IMG/VR virus record: IMGVR_UViG_3300036790_000261
Location: 24,725 to 88,724 of that record
DNA: 64,000 nt
Source of the DNA: a virus
Taxonomy: Duplodnaviria; Heunggongvirae; Uroviricota; Caudoviricetes
Strand: one strand, 5' to 3'
Part shown: in pieces, positions 1-8,707 of the stretch
Layout of the letters: each line of letters begins with the position of its first letter
How positions within the stretch are numbered: position 1 is the stretch's first letter
Position numbers and translations under genes: made by a program
Notes under the pieces: model-generated
What the model saw: the letters and a program-made list of their open reading frames with translations, nothing else
The model's database searches: none
Told to the model about the DNA's origin: nothing

Positions 1-45
1 AAGATGATCTTCCCGCTGCCGGTGATGGAGGTGGTCAGCCGGTGA
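1..45 (+). CDS. 3' end of an upstream gene (partial)
   Basis: Frame is open from the window edge and ends ...KMIFPLPVMEVVSR then TGA 43-45. The stop overlaps the GTG start of the next gene (GTGA coupling). Confidence 0.3.
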   Translation, partial: KMIFPLPVMEVVSR

Positions 46-635
46 TCTCCGTGCTCTGCCCGTCCCGGGGTAACCCCGAGTGGCTGAAACGGTCGGCGAA
101 ATCCCTGCGCAGCACAGCCCGGGGTGAGTTCGAGCTACTGGTTGCCGCTGACGACGATGACCCTGTGACGATTGAGACGGCCGCGGAGGCGGCTGATACT
201 ACGGTCGTCTTGCCGCGGGCGGGTTACGCCAGGCTGCACGTTTACTACCAGGCGCTCGCTGATATCGCGGCCGGCGACTGGCTACTGGTCTGGAACGACG
301 ACTGCATTATGCTCACGCCCGGGTGGGACGTGATTATCAGGGCACTGCCGCCGGAAGTCCTCGTCGCTGACGTCCAGTCCCCGCACTCGCCGCTGTGCTG
401 CCTGCCTGCTGTCCGCCGCAGCGCAGTTGAGGCCATCGGCACGTTCAGCTCGGACAACCCGCACATCGATACTTTCTGGCAGGACGTCGCGAACTCCCTC
501 GGGGTGATGCGGGCCGTCCCTGTCCGCGCCAGCGTGGAATCACCGGTTAGCGCCAATTCCCACGGGTTCTACGAGGCGGGGCACCAGGAGCAGATGGCAG
601 CGTACGCGCAAGTTCTCCGGGAGGCACTAGCGTGA
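42..635 (+). CDS. glycosyltransferase, GT-A/GT2-like
   Basis: The N-terminus ISVLCPSRGN resembles the GT2 (V/I)S(V/I)xxPxxN start. There are acidic DDDD and NDDC (DxD-like) motifs. The gene is translationally coupled to the next GT2. Confidence 0.5.
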   Translation: MISVLCPSRGNPEWLKRSAKSLRSTARGEFELLVAADDDDPVTIETAAEAADTTVVLPRAGYARLHVYYQALADIAAGDWLLVWNDDCIMLTPGWDVIIRALPPEVLVADVQSPHSPLCCLPAVRRSAVEAIGTFSSDNPHIDTFWQDVANSLGVMRAVPVRASVESPVSANSHGFYEAGHQEQMAAYAQVLREALA

Positions 636-1261
636 AGCCCCTCGTCAGCGTCATCACCCCGACCTGGCAGCGGCACGAGCGGCTGCTGAACCGCTGCGTC
701 CCGTCGGTCCAGGCTCAGGCGTACCCGCGGGTCGAGCACGTTATCGCCTGCGACGGCCAGGACCCGGAGCTGGCGCAGCGTATTGACAAGCTTGCGCAAC
801 GGGTTGGGGCCTTCTGCCACCCGGTGACGTTCGTTCACCTGCCTGAGCACGCCCCGGAGCAGCACTGGGGGCACCTGGCGAGGCTAGCCGGGATCGAGGC
901 GGCGAAGGGAGAGTACATCGCCTATGTCGACGACGACGACGCCCTGCGCTCCGATCACGTTGCCAAGCTTGCCGCCTGCCTTGACGCTGACCCGGAGGCT
1001 GGCTGGGCGTACTCCGTGATGGAAAGCCACAACAGCTCCGGGGCTACGCAGATCGGCTTCACCCCGCCGTCCTGCGGCCAGATCGGCACCCCGATGATCA
1101 TGCACCGCCGCGAGACACTACAGCACGGCACCTGGGGGCCCGCCTCTTCCGTTGAGGACTGGGAACTGGTGCAGCGCTGGATGAACGCCGGGGTCAAGCA
1201 CGTGCACTACACCGGGGTCACCGTAGACGTCTGGCCTTCCGCCTTCCACGAGCATTCATGA
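632..1261 (+). CDS. family 2 glycosyltransferase
   Basis: It has the SVITPTWQR N-terminal GT2 signature and a YVDDDD DxD motif. The GTG start overlaps the upstream TGA. Confidence 0.7.
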   Translation: MKPLVSVITPTWQRHERLLNRCVPSVQAQAYPRVEHVIACDGQDPELAQRIDKLAQRVGAFCHPVTFVHLPEHAPEQHWGHLARLAGIEAAKGEYIAYVDDDDALRSDHVAKLAACLDADPEAGWAYSVMESHNSSGATQIGFTPPSCGQIGTPMIMHRRETLQHGTWGPASSVEDWELVQRWMNAGVKHVHYTGVTVDVWPSAFHEHS

Positions 1262-1282
1262 GCCGCATGGTAGCGTGACGCC

Positions 1283-1462
1283 ATGAGTACACCTGAGCCT
1301 CTTGACGAGCGCCCGGCCGGGGCGGTAGAGATCCGCGGCGGTGACAAGCCCGAGGACTTCATCCCCGGTCCAGGCTTCCGCACCGGCAGCGTTGAAGAGC
1401 TGCTCGGTAAGCATGTTCCTTACGCTTCGTGTGACTGCGGCTGCGAGGACGGGTCTGAGTGA
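1283..1462 (+). CDS. hypothetical small protein (59 aa)
   Basis: ATG start, high third-position GC, and a stop that overlaps the GTG of the next gene (GTGA). It was not in the ORF track because it is under 60 aa. Confidence 0.35.
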   Translation: MSTPEPLDERPAGAVEIRGGDKPEDFIPGPGFRTGSVEELLGKHVPYASCDCGCEDGSE

Positions 1463-2034
1463 CCCTCGACGTCTTCACGGCCGCCCAGCAGACGATCCGG
1501 CACGTGCAGAAGGAAGAGCACCGCTGGTTCAAGCAGGGCGACCCGACGTCTCCGACGCTGCCCTGGATGCCGTTCCAGCCCGCCGAGTTCCTCTCGATCC
1601 TCTTTGAGTGCGTCCCTGAGCTCGCGGGCCGGGAGTTCCTGGACGTCGGGTGCGGCCCCGGCACCAAGATGCGCCTGGCCCGCGACTTCTTCGGTATGGA
1701 AACTGACGGTATTGAGATTAACCGCGAGATGGCCGTTGCCGCCGCCCCGCATGCCTCATGCCCGGTAACCACGGGCGATGCGCTGTCTGTCGGCCCCGGT
1801 TTCTACAGCGGCTATGACCTGATCTGGCTTTACCGGCCGTTCCGTGACCCGCAGCTGGAGACCCGGCTTGAGGCCCGGGTCATGGACGAGATGAAGCCCG
1901 GCGCGATCCTGGCCGGCGCGCACTGGGAGATCTGCCCGGCGGACCACCGGTGGATTCCAGTTTTTGACGACTGGGAGATCCGCCGCGGCGCCTGGATGAA
2001 GCCCCGCCCTGTTGACGACGTGCCGCTGCCGTGA
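1459..2034 (+). CDS. class I SAM-dependent methyltransferase
   Basis: Motif I FLDVGCGPG plus the downstream acidic loop (GMETDGIE). Confidence 0.75.
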   Translation: MTLDVFTAAQQTIRHVQKEEHRWFKQGDPTSPTLPWMPFQPAEFLSILFECVPELAGREFLDVGCGPGTKMRLARDFFGMETDGIEINREMAVAAAPHASCPVTTGDALSVGPGFYSGYDLIWLYRPFRDPQLETRLEARVMDEMKPGAILAGAHWEICPADHRWIPVFDDWEIRRGAWMKPRPVDDVPLP

Positions 2035-2300
2035 CCGCGCTCTGGGACCTGCTGCCCCCCGCGATCGTGACGCGGGCTAAGGCGATCGTCGCCGTCATCG
2101 GCGTCACCGGGTTCATCGTCGTCAGCTTCTTCCCGTCGCTCGCCACTGATCACTACGTGGCTGCCGCGATCGCCGTGCTCACCGCCCTCGGCGTCTGGGG
2201 CGTGCCTAACCAGAATGCTAAGACCGAGCGCCCTGTGGGGTTGCGTCACGCAGACGGCACCCCGTACGTGTACAAGGAGAAGCGGCGGCACGAGCGGTGA
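2031..2300 (+). CDS. small membrane protein
   Basis: Two predicted hydrophobic helices. The GTG start overlaps the stop of the methyltransferase gene. Confidence 0.5.
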   Translation: MTALWDLLPPAIVTRAKAIVAVIGVTGFIVVSFFPSLATDHYVAAAIAVLTALGVWGVPNQNAKTERPVGLRHADGTPYVYKEKRRHER

Positions 2301-2524
2301 CTGCCGCGCAAGCGTGGCCGTGGGCGCTGTCGGCAGTGACGCTGCTTAGTGTCTGGGTCATCGGGCTAAAGCGGCACGAGGGCTGGCTGATTGGCCTGGC
2401 CGCGGAAGTCTTGTGGGCAGTGTGGTCCGTGCTGTACCACGAATGGGGCTTCCTGGTGTCCGCCGGGGCGTTCAGTGTTATCTACGCCCGAAACTGGTGG
2501 CTGTGGCGGTCAACGGCAAGCTGA
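2297..2524 (+). CDS. small membrane protein
   Basis: Hydrophobic and Trp-rich. GTGA coupling. This is the last gene of the glyco-operon. Confidence 0.5.
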   Translation: MTAAQAWPWALSAVTLLSVWVIGLKRHEGWLIGLAAEVLWAVWSVLYHEWGFLVSAGAFSVIYARNWWLWRSTAS

Positions 2525-2539
2525 CTGCCACGTGGCAGT
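2524..2539. promoter_or_regulatory. conserved palindrome ACTGCCACGTGGCAGT, copy 1
   Basis: A perfect 16-bp palindrome that starts on the last base of the upstream stop codon. It is one of six copies in the window. Confidence 0.5.
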
Positions 2540-2610
2540 TGAACTAGGATTGAACCGATACCCGAGGCCGTAGTCTGCGGAGCCGGGGCGTACCTGACGA
2601 AGGATGCCCT

Positions 2611-2928
2611 GTGACCTCTATCCCGCTGTTTAACCGGCCCGACGAGTGGTTCTGCCCCAACTGCGATGTCACCGATGTCACCGCGCCGCTGCCGCCCGGC
2701 CAGTCCCGCTACCACCCCTGCCCCGGCCTGCACGGGCTCAACGCCCCGCTGATCCGCCAGGGCGTGAACGTCAAGGTAGAAGCGCACGAGCGCGAGGACT
2801 ACCTGAACGGCGACCTTCAGCAGACAGGCGACAACGGCCGTGTCTACATGAACGTTGAGGTCACCCGCGAGGACGGCACGGACGTTACTGTCTTCGCCGG
2901 GCTCGCCCGCGCAGAGATGAAGGTGTGA
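2611..2928 (+). CDS. hypothetical protein (CPNC...HPCPG, possible zinc ribbon)
   Basis: ORF with a Shine-Dalgarno-like upstream sequence and high GC3. Confidence 0.5.
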   Translation: MTSIPLFNRPDEWFCPNCDVTDVTAPLPPGQSRYHPCPGLHGLNAPLIRQGVNVKVEAHEREDYLNGDLQQTGDNGRVYMNVEVTREDGTDVTVFAGLARAEMKV

Positions 2929-2931
2929 GCC

Positions 2932-3453
2932 GTGACCTGGACTACCTCAGCGATCTTCCAGCAGGCGGCGCTCAATCCACTGCTCGGTAAGGCCACCGGG
3001 TCTACGAACCCCACGACTTTCGGCAGCTGGACGGCTGACACCATCAACGTCGCGCTGTTTCTAACGGGCGCTACCCCGGACAAGACCGCCGCCGTCGGTA
3101 GCACGGGTTACAACACGGGTGTCTGGACGACAGGTAACGAGGCCCCGGGCACGGGTGGCTACACGCAGGGCGGAACCGCACTCGCCTCTAAGGCGAACAC
3201 TATTGACTCGGGTTCGTCTTCGCTGTGCTTCACCGCGGCTAACCCCTCCTGGACTAGTGCCACCATCTCTAGCGTGTTTGGCGACTTGGTCTACGACATC
3301 ACGATTGCTTCAGCGGGTAGCACTGTCGCCAAGCAGGGGTTCTGCTTCAACTACTTCGGCGGCTCGCAGGGCGTTACGGCGGGGACGTTCACGATTCAGT
3401 GGGCTACCCCGCCCAGCGGTGCCGTTACCGCGGTTTTCAACTTCGCTGTCTGA
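2932..3453 (+). CDS. hypothetical Ser/Thr/Gly-rich protein, probably virion-associated
   Basis: GTG start coupled to the upstream gene. The composition resembles structural or fibre proteins. Confidence 0.4.
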   Translation: MTWTTSAIFQQAALNPLLGKATGSTNPTTFGSWTADTINVALFLTGATPDKTAAVGSTGYNTGVWTTGNEAPGTGGYTQGGTALASKANTIDSGSSSLCFTAANPSWTSATISSVFGDLVYDITIASAGSTVAKQGFCFNYFGGSQGVTAGTFTIQWATPPSGAVTAVFNFAV

Positions 3454-3485
3454 CCCTTCCGGCTACCGCCTGAGGGGAGGCCGCC

Positions 3486-4991
3486 GTGGCCACGCTTACC
3501 CGCGTTCAGCACAACAGCATGACGACGACCAGCACCACGGCCACAAACTTCAACACAACCCTTGGTGCCGGGGACACGGTCGGCAACCTGCTGGTAGTCA
3601 CCATTGTGCTGGGCACCAACGGGCTTACGCTGACAGCCCCCTCTGGCTGGGTTCAGGCGGGTTCCTCGGAGGTCGTTTCCGGGTCTCTCGATACCCGGAT
3701 CTATTACCTGGTGGTCAGCTCGGGCAGCGTCACTAGCTTCAACTGGAGCTTCGGCGCTACCGCGCACTCATTCGGCTGGACCATCGACGAGTGGAACAGC
3801 TCTTCCGGATGGCAGGCTAGCCCGGTAGACAGCACCGCCGGGGCCGTTCACACGTCACCGTCGACTGCGGTCAACTGCGGTACCCCGTCGGCGACGACCC
3901 AGGCGTCTGAGCTGTGGCTCGGCGTGCTGTCCTGGGCGAACAGCGGGCAGACGCTGTCGGGTGTGACCGGCGGCTGGTCGACCGGCGATACCGCTACGTT
4001 TACCGGCCAGAACACGCAGACGGCGTTCTTCCAGATCGCCACGACGACCGGCACCCCGAGCCTCGCCGCCACCATCAGCGCGTCCACGGTCAACGCGGGC
4101 GTTGTCGCCACCTTCATGCCCGTCGCCGGCACCACCGTTAACGCGGGGCTCGCCACGGCCACCGGGCTTGCGCTTCAGGTTCCGTCTAACGCCCGGCTCG
4201 CCACCGCTACAGGTACTGCCCTCCAGGTCCCGGCGCCTGCTGGCCTGGCTACGGCTGCCGGCGCTGCGTTCAAGCCGCTGTTCACCGTCCCGGCCCAGCT
4301 GGCGACCGCGACCGGCACCGCGCTGCAGGTTCCGTCTAAGGCGGGGCTCGCCCACGGCACCGGCAGTGCCTTCCAGGTTCCGGCCCCGGCTGGCCTTGCG
4401 CACGGCGCGGGCAGCGCGTTCACCCTCACCCCGTGGAAGGACACGGTCTTCGCGGGGCTGGCCGCGGGCTTCGCCGAGACGTTCCAGCCGACCCCGCGCA
4501 TCCTGCGCACCCCGCTGAACCTGGGGGCGGTGCTGACCGAGGTCACGGCAGACGGCTTCCTGCGTGTAGCCACCGCTGATGCTACGTTTACCCTCGCGGA
4601 CTACGGGGCTACCCTGGCACTAGCTAACTTCGGCGCAAGCCTGACGGGATGGACGATGCAGACGGCCCCGCTGACTCTTAACGAGTTCAACGACGTCACC
4701 ATCAGTATCACCGTGACGCAGAACGGCAGCCCGCTCAACCTGACCGGCGACACGCTTAACCTGCTGCTGAAGACGGCGCCGAACACCCCGGACTCCAGCG
4801 CGCTGATCTTTTCCTCGGCTGGCGGGTCCCCCGCGATCGTCATCACCAACGCAGCTGGCGGCCTCGCTACCGCGATCATCCCGAACACCGACCTCGACGC
4901 CGAGACCTACACGTTCTACCGGCTCGACGTGGTCAGCGGCGGCCTGACCAACACCACGCTGTACGGCAGCGTCGTCTGGATCTCGCTATGA
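3486..4991 (+). CDS. structural protein with tandem AGLATATGTALQVP-type repeats (fibre or decoration-like)
   Basis: 501 aa, Ser/Thr/Ala/Gly-rich, with five or more imperfect 14-20 aa tandem repeats at about 4140-4440. It sits directly upstream of the head-tail connector gene. Confidence 0.5.
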   Translation: MATLTRVQHNSMTTTSTTATNFNTTLGAGDTVGNLLVVTIVLGTNGLTLTAPSGWVQAGSSEVVSGSLDTRIYYLVVSSGSVTSFNWSFGATAHSFGWTIDEWNSSSGWQASPVDSTAGAVHTSPSTAVNCGTPSATTQASELWLGVLSWANSGQTLSGVTGGWSTGDTATFTGQNTQTAFFQIATTTGTPSLAATISASTVNAGVVATFMPVAGTTVNAGLATATGLALQVPSNARLATATGTALQVPAPAGLATAAGAAFKPLFTVPAQLATATGTALQVPSKAGLAHGTGSAFQVPAPAGLAHGAGSAFTLTPWKDTVFAGLAAGFAETFQPTPRILRTPLNLGAVLTEVTADGFLRVATADATFTLADYGATLALANFGASLTGWTMQTAPLTLNEFNDVTISITVTQNGSPLNLTGDTLNLLLKTAPNTPDSSALIFSSAGGSPAIVITNAAGGLATAIIPNTDLDAETYTFYRLDVVSGGLTNTTLYGSVVWISL

Positions 4992-6022
4992 GCGCCACCG
5001 TCTATTACGACAACCCCGCTGAAGCCGCGGCCGTCGTCCCGGTGACCTTCACGTCACTGGCGGGCGCTGTTACCGACCCGGCCTCGATCAGCTGCGTCAT
5101 CACTGACCCCACTGGCACGGCAGCGACGTACACCTACCTGGGCAGCGGGCCGAACAACACGATCACCCGCTCGTCTGCAGGCAACTACGCGCTGAGCATC
5201 ACCGGCCTGGTCCTCGCCGGGCTCTATGTCGGCACCTGGGTGGGCACGGGCAACAACGTCCAGCAGGTCACCCCGACGACCTTCCGGATCGTGCCGCTGT
5301 CGGCCGTCGGGACCGGCATGAACCTGTGGTACACCGGCCGCGAGGAGCTCAAGTCCCGGCTGAACATCACCGACAGCAACTCGGACTACGAGATCCAGAT
5401 CGCCATTCAGGCCGTTACCAACTGGATTAACAATTACTGCGGGCGGCACTTCTACCAGCTGGCCGAGACACGTACCTACGTGCCGACGAACATCTGGGAA
5501 CTGCCGGTCGACGACCTGGTGTCCACCCCCGCGGTCGCCGCCGCCACCCAGGTCAACCTCGACTACGACGGCGACGGCATCTACGAGGTCGCCTGGGGCA
5601 ACCCGGCCCCGCCCATCGGCAACGGGCTCAACTACGTGCTGAAGCTCGGCACCCCCGGCGGTTACGAGGACAACTACAACGTCAACAGTGCAGGCGTGCC
5701 CCGGCCGTACACCCAGCTGCAGGCCCTCATGTCCGGGCAGGGGCAGAACCCGGCAGGCGGCGGCTGGCTCCCGTTCATCTGGCCCTACACCCACCTCAAC
5801 CGGGTGCAGGTCGTCGGGACCTGGGGCTGGCCCGTCATCCCGCCAAGCGTCCAGCAGGCGTCCATGCTGCTGTGCACCGACGTGTTCAAATCCAAGGACG
5901 CACCCTGGGGTATTGCTGGTACGGCCGAGACCGGGCTGATGCGGGTGACCTCATCACCCTGGGTGGTGGAGCTTTTGCACGATTTTGTAAATACTCGCAG
6001 GAAGGTGGGAGTTTTATACTAA
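4988..6022 (+). CDS. head-tail connector/adaptor (gp6-like) with an N-terminal Ig-like extension
   Basis: Residues about 115-200, EELKSRLNITDSNSDYEIQIAIQAVTNWINNYCGRHF, match the gp6-like connector pattern (LK.xL.I.D...D..I..I.AA..I..Y.GR.F). The N-terminal 110 aa form a beta-rich extra domain. Confidence 0.5.
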   Translation: MSATVYYDNPAEAAAVVPVTFTSLAGAVTDPASISCVITDPTGTAATYTYLGSGPNNTITRSSAGNYALSITGLVLAGLYVGTWVGTGNNVQQVTPTTFRIVPLSAVGTGMNLWYTGREELKSRLNITDSNSDYEIQIAIQAVTNWINNYCGRHFYQLAETRTYVPTNIWELPVDDLVSTPAVAAATQVNLDYDGDGIYEVAWGNPAPPIGNGLNYVLKLGTPGGYEDNYNVNSAGVPRPYTQLQALMSGQGQNPAGGGWLPFIWPYTHLNRVQVVGTWGWPVIPPSVQQASMLLCTDVFKSKDAPWGIAGTAETGLMRVTSSPWVVELLHDFVNTRRKVGVLY

Positions 6023-6043
6023 GGCTTTGCGTATGCTGTCTTC

Positions 6044-6553
6044 ATGCGCGAGGTCCAGTTGCACGGGAAGGTAGCCGCCGGACGTGTCGCCCGGGTCGAC
6101 GCCGCTGACTACGAAGAGCTGATGCAGTACCGCTGGCTCGGCTGGGAAAAGCCAGCGAGCGAGTATCGAAGGTCTAACGGGCCCTACGCGTGCCGCCAGT
6201 ACCGGGTGGACGGCAAGAGCGTGCTGCTGTTCATGCACACGTTTCTCACAGGCTGGAGGCGGACAGACCACATTGATCACGACGGGCTGAACAACCAGCG
6301 GTACAACCTGCGCGAGACCACTACGGCTCACAACGAGCACAATTCCCGGGCACGGATCAACACGTACTCCAGGTATAAGGGTGTCACCTGGTCGAAAGCC
6401 TCGCGGAAGTGGCAAGCTGGCATCAGAGTAGACGGACACTTGTACTACCTCGGTCAGTTCACTGACGAGAAGGAAGCCGCTCAGGTGTACGACACAGCTG
6501 CTATGCGTGAGTTTGGGCCACACGCCGTTTTCAACTTCCCGGAGGGCAAGTGA
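6044..6553 (+). CDS. HNH endonuclease with a C-terminal AP2 DNA-binding domain
   Basis: The HNH core is HIDHDGLNNQRYNLRETTTAHNEHN. The AP2 domain is YKGVTWSKASRKWQAGIRVDGHLYYLGQFTDEKEAAQVYD. Confidence 0.75.
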   Translation: MREVQLHGKVAAGRVARVDAADYEELMQYRWLGWEKPASEYRRSNGPYACRQYRVDGKSVLLFMHTFLTGWRRTDHIDHDGLNNQRYNLRETTTAHNEHNSRARINTYSRYKGVTWSKASRKWQAGIRVDGHLYYLGQFTDEKEAAQVYDTAAMREFGPHAVFNFPEGK

Positions 6554-6661
6554 AGCTACGTGTGCTTGTGCGGCTGGAGGACTGGTGGTGTCACCGGCTG
6601 GAGCTCCCGGGTCACCGTCGGTTCTGTGACAAGTTTGACGCCTGGGTCCTAAGCTAAACAC

Positions 6662-6934
6662 ATGGGATACGACGGAAAGTACGGCAAGGTCACTACTGAG
6701 CACGGTGACATCCCCGACGACGAGCCGGTCATCGTCTTCCGTGCTCAGGACCGGCTGTCCGTCAGCGTGCTCCGGGCCTACTTCGAGCTGTGCAGGGTGG
6801 CGGGCAGCCCGCAGCGGCACCTCGCGCTTGTCTCGGGTGCGATCCGGCGGTTTGCCGACTGGCAGGAAGCGCACTCAGGGCAGACGAAGGTCCCGGACAG
6901 CGAGCGCAGCAGGGCGTGGATGCCGGAGGTCTGA
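6662..6934 (+). CDS. hypothetical protein
   Basis: High GC3 and an ATG start. Confidence 0.45.
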   Translation: MGYDGKYGKVTTEHGDIPDDEPVIVFRAQDRLSVSVLRAYFELCRVAGSPQRHLALVSGAIRRFADWQEAHSGQTKVPDSERSRAWMPEV

Positions 6935-7122
6935 TGGGCAGGTTGCACGGCCGGGCCTGCATTCTGTACTTGACGGACGATGACGGCAGGGTGCTTGAAG
7001 TTCCCGTCGGAGACTGGACAATCGATTACGCGGGGTACCCCTCGGTGCCGGTCATGCGGTTTCGAGTCGTAGGGCCATCGGACGGGATCTTTCATGGCGC
7101 CCAAGGCGAAGGTGAAGGCTAA
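6934..7122 (+). CDS. hypothetical small protein
   Basis: The ATG overlaps the upstream TGA. GC3 is moderate. It overlaps the 5' end of the next ORF. Confidence 0.3.
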   Translation: MGRLHGRACILYLTDDDGRVLEVPVGDWTIDYAGYPSVPVMRFRVVGPSDGIFHGAQGEGEG

Positions 7123-8185
7123 AGGGGTCGTTACCCCGAAGAACAACGCCGCCCCGACGGGCCTGCACCTGTCAGCCGCGCAGCGCAAGGCGTACAACGC
7201 GACATTCACTGCCTCCGCCACGGCTGGCTTCCAGAAGCTGGCCCTTGCCCAGCGGCGGCAGGCGATCGCGAACGCGGCCCAGGTGCTGCGCAACTCCCGG
7301 CTGCAGGCAGCCGCCACCGTCCAGCAGAAGGCCAGCGCCGCGCACCAGGCGGCCCGCACCGCCGCGATCGCCAGGTTCGCCGCTCAGCAGACCTACCGGC
7401 AGGGCCGGCTAGCCCACCAGAACGCTGCCCTCCAGGCCCGGCTGTTCGCCGACTACGAGCGGCACATCCAGGTTGCCGCCCGGCTGCAGTTCGCTTACAA
7501 GGGCGAGAAGGCGTACGCGCACGAGGCTGTCATGCGGACCCTTACCACTGCTGCGGCTACCAGCATCGAGGAAGCGCTGTTCGCCCGTGCCGCCAAGACC
7601 GCGAAGAAGGCGGTCAGCACCGTCGGGAACCCGCAGTCCAGCTCGCCCGCCGCGGTCAACGCCCGGCTCGGCGCCGCGCAGGTCATCGCCAGCGCCAAGG
7701 CCGCCGCGCTCGCCGCCGCCCGTGCCACTCCGGCCGGCCGCACCGCCCCCCGCCCTGGGCCCGTCAAGCTGCGGGCTCCCGGCATGTACAAGTGGCGAGG
7801 TGACCCGGACGGGTATGACTGCGTTGCCGCGGCGATCATGAACAGTTGCCAGCAGGCCACGGGCTACCGGTTTTCCGATGTCAAGTACATGGTCCTGGCG
7901 GCCGAGCTCGGGCAGTGGCCGGAGGGGCCGCCTATCGAGGACGCGCTGAAGTACGTGAAGAACAATTGGGAGATCCTAGGCGCTCCCCGCCTGGTGAGCT
8001 ACGAGCCGGTTCCGGTGCACGCCCGTGACCACTGCGTTACTGGTTTCGCCACGGAGAACGGGTCGCATGCCGCCCTCATGTCCGGTCCCCGGTACGTCAT
8101 CAGCTGGGGCCAGCTGCTTCTTCTTGACGACGTGATCCTTCCGGGAACTGAGGTTGAAGAAGCCTGGGCCCTGCTGTGGAAGTAG
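7094..8185 (+). CDS. hypothetical protein: N-terminal Ala/Gln-rich coiled-coil region plus a C-terminal putative papain-like Cys peptidase domain
   Basis: The C-terminal 130 aa contain a DCVAAA...GSHAALM Cys/His arrangement. The N-terminus resembles a scaffold. Confidence 0.4.
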   Translation: MAPKAKVKAKGVVTPKNNAAPTGLHLSAAQRKAYNATFTASATAGFQKLALAQRRQAIANAAQVLRNSRLQAAATVQQKASAAHQAARTAAIARFAAQQTYRQGRLAHQNAALQARLFADYERHIQVAARLQFAYKGEKAYAHEAVMRTLTTAAATSIEEALFARAAKTAKKAVSTVGNPQSSSPAAVNARLGAAQVIASAKAAALAAARATPAGRTAPRPGPVKLRAPGMYKWRGDPDGYDCVAAAIMNSCQQATGYRFSDVKYMVLAAELGQWPEGPPIEDALKYVKNNWEILGAPRLVSYEPVPVHARDHCVTGFATENGSHAALMSGPRYVISWGQLLLLDDVILPGTEVEEAWALLWK

Positions 8186-8194
8186 GCTAGCCGC

Positions 8195-8653
8195 GTGTCG
8201 AACATCACCGTCGTGCGCGAGGCCCTGGCCACCCAGATAGGGCAGCTCGCGTTCCCGGCGCTGCGGTCCCTGCCGGAGATGGAAGGGCAGGTCAACCCGC
8301 CGGTCGGGATCGTCATGCTGGGCGCTGCGAACTACGGCACCACCTTGCAGGGCGCGACCGGGTTCCTCGGCGGCGGCGTGACGATCGCCCCGACGGACAT
8401 CGCCCTTGACTACCTGATCCTGGTAGCCCAGGCGTCGACGGTTGAGCGGTTCGAGGCTGCGCTAGCCGCCTGGCTCGGCTTCGAGAATGACGCGACCGCG
8501 GTGTCCGTGCCGGCTGCCGTTGCCGCAGACTCCTCGCTGGGCGGTACTGTCGCCTGGTGCGTCGCGAACTCAGCGGACCGGCCCGGCCCTGTTGAGTGGA
8601 ACGGCGTGCACTATTTCGGTACCCGCATTCACTTCAGCGTGTCCCTCCAGTAG
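8195..8653 (+). CDS. putative neck or tail-terminator-like structural protein
   Basis: 152 aa, located in the neck region between the connector and the major tail gene. No diagnostic motif was found. Confidence 0.3.
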   Translation: MSNITVVREALATQIGQLAFPALRSLPEMEGQVNPPVGIVMLGAANYGTTLQGATGFLGGGVTIAPTDIALDYLILVAQASTVERFEAALAAWLGFENDATAVSVPAAVAADSSLGGTVAWCVANSADRPGPVEWNGVHYFGTRIHFSVSLQ

Positions 8654-8707
8654 AAGGAAGTTACGGCCGGCCGAGAGCGCTTCGGTCAACTAGGAGGTGG
8701 TGCCGGG

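Noticed and set aside
3119-3736. Alternative-frame ORFs such as 3119..3736, 1341..1607, 10009..11226(-), 36285..37772(-), 25221..26633(-) and 23412..24644(-)
   Set aside because: These are Arg/Pro/Gly-rich antisense or off-frame shadows, typical of high-GC DNA. The overlapping annotated frames carry the GC3 bias and recognisable domains.
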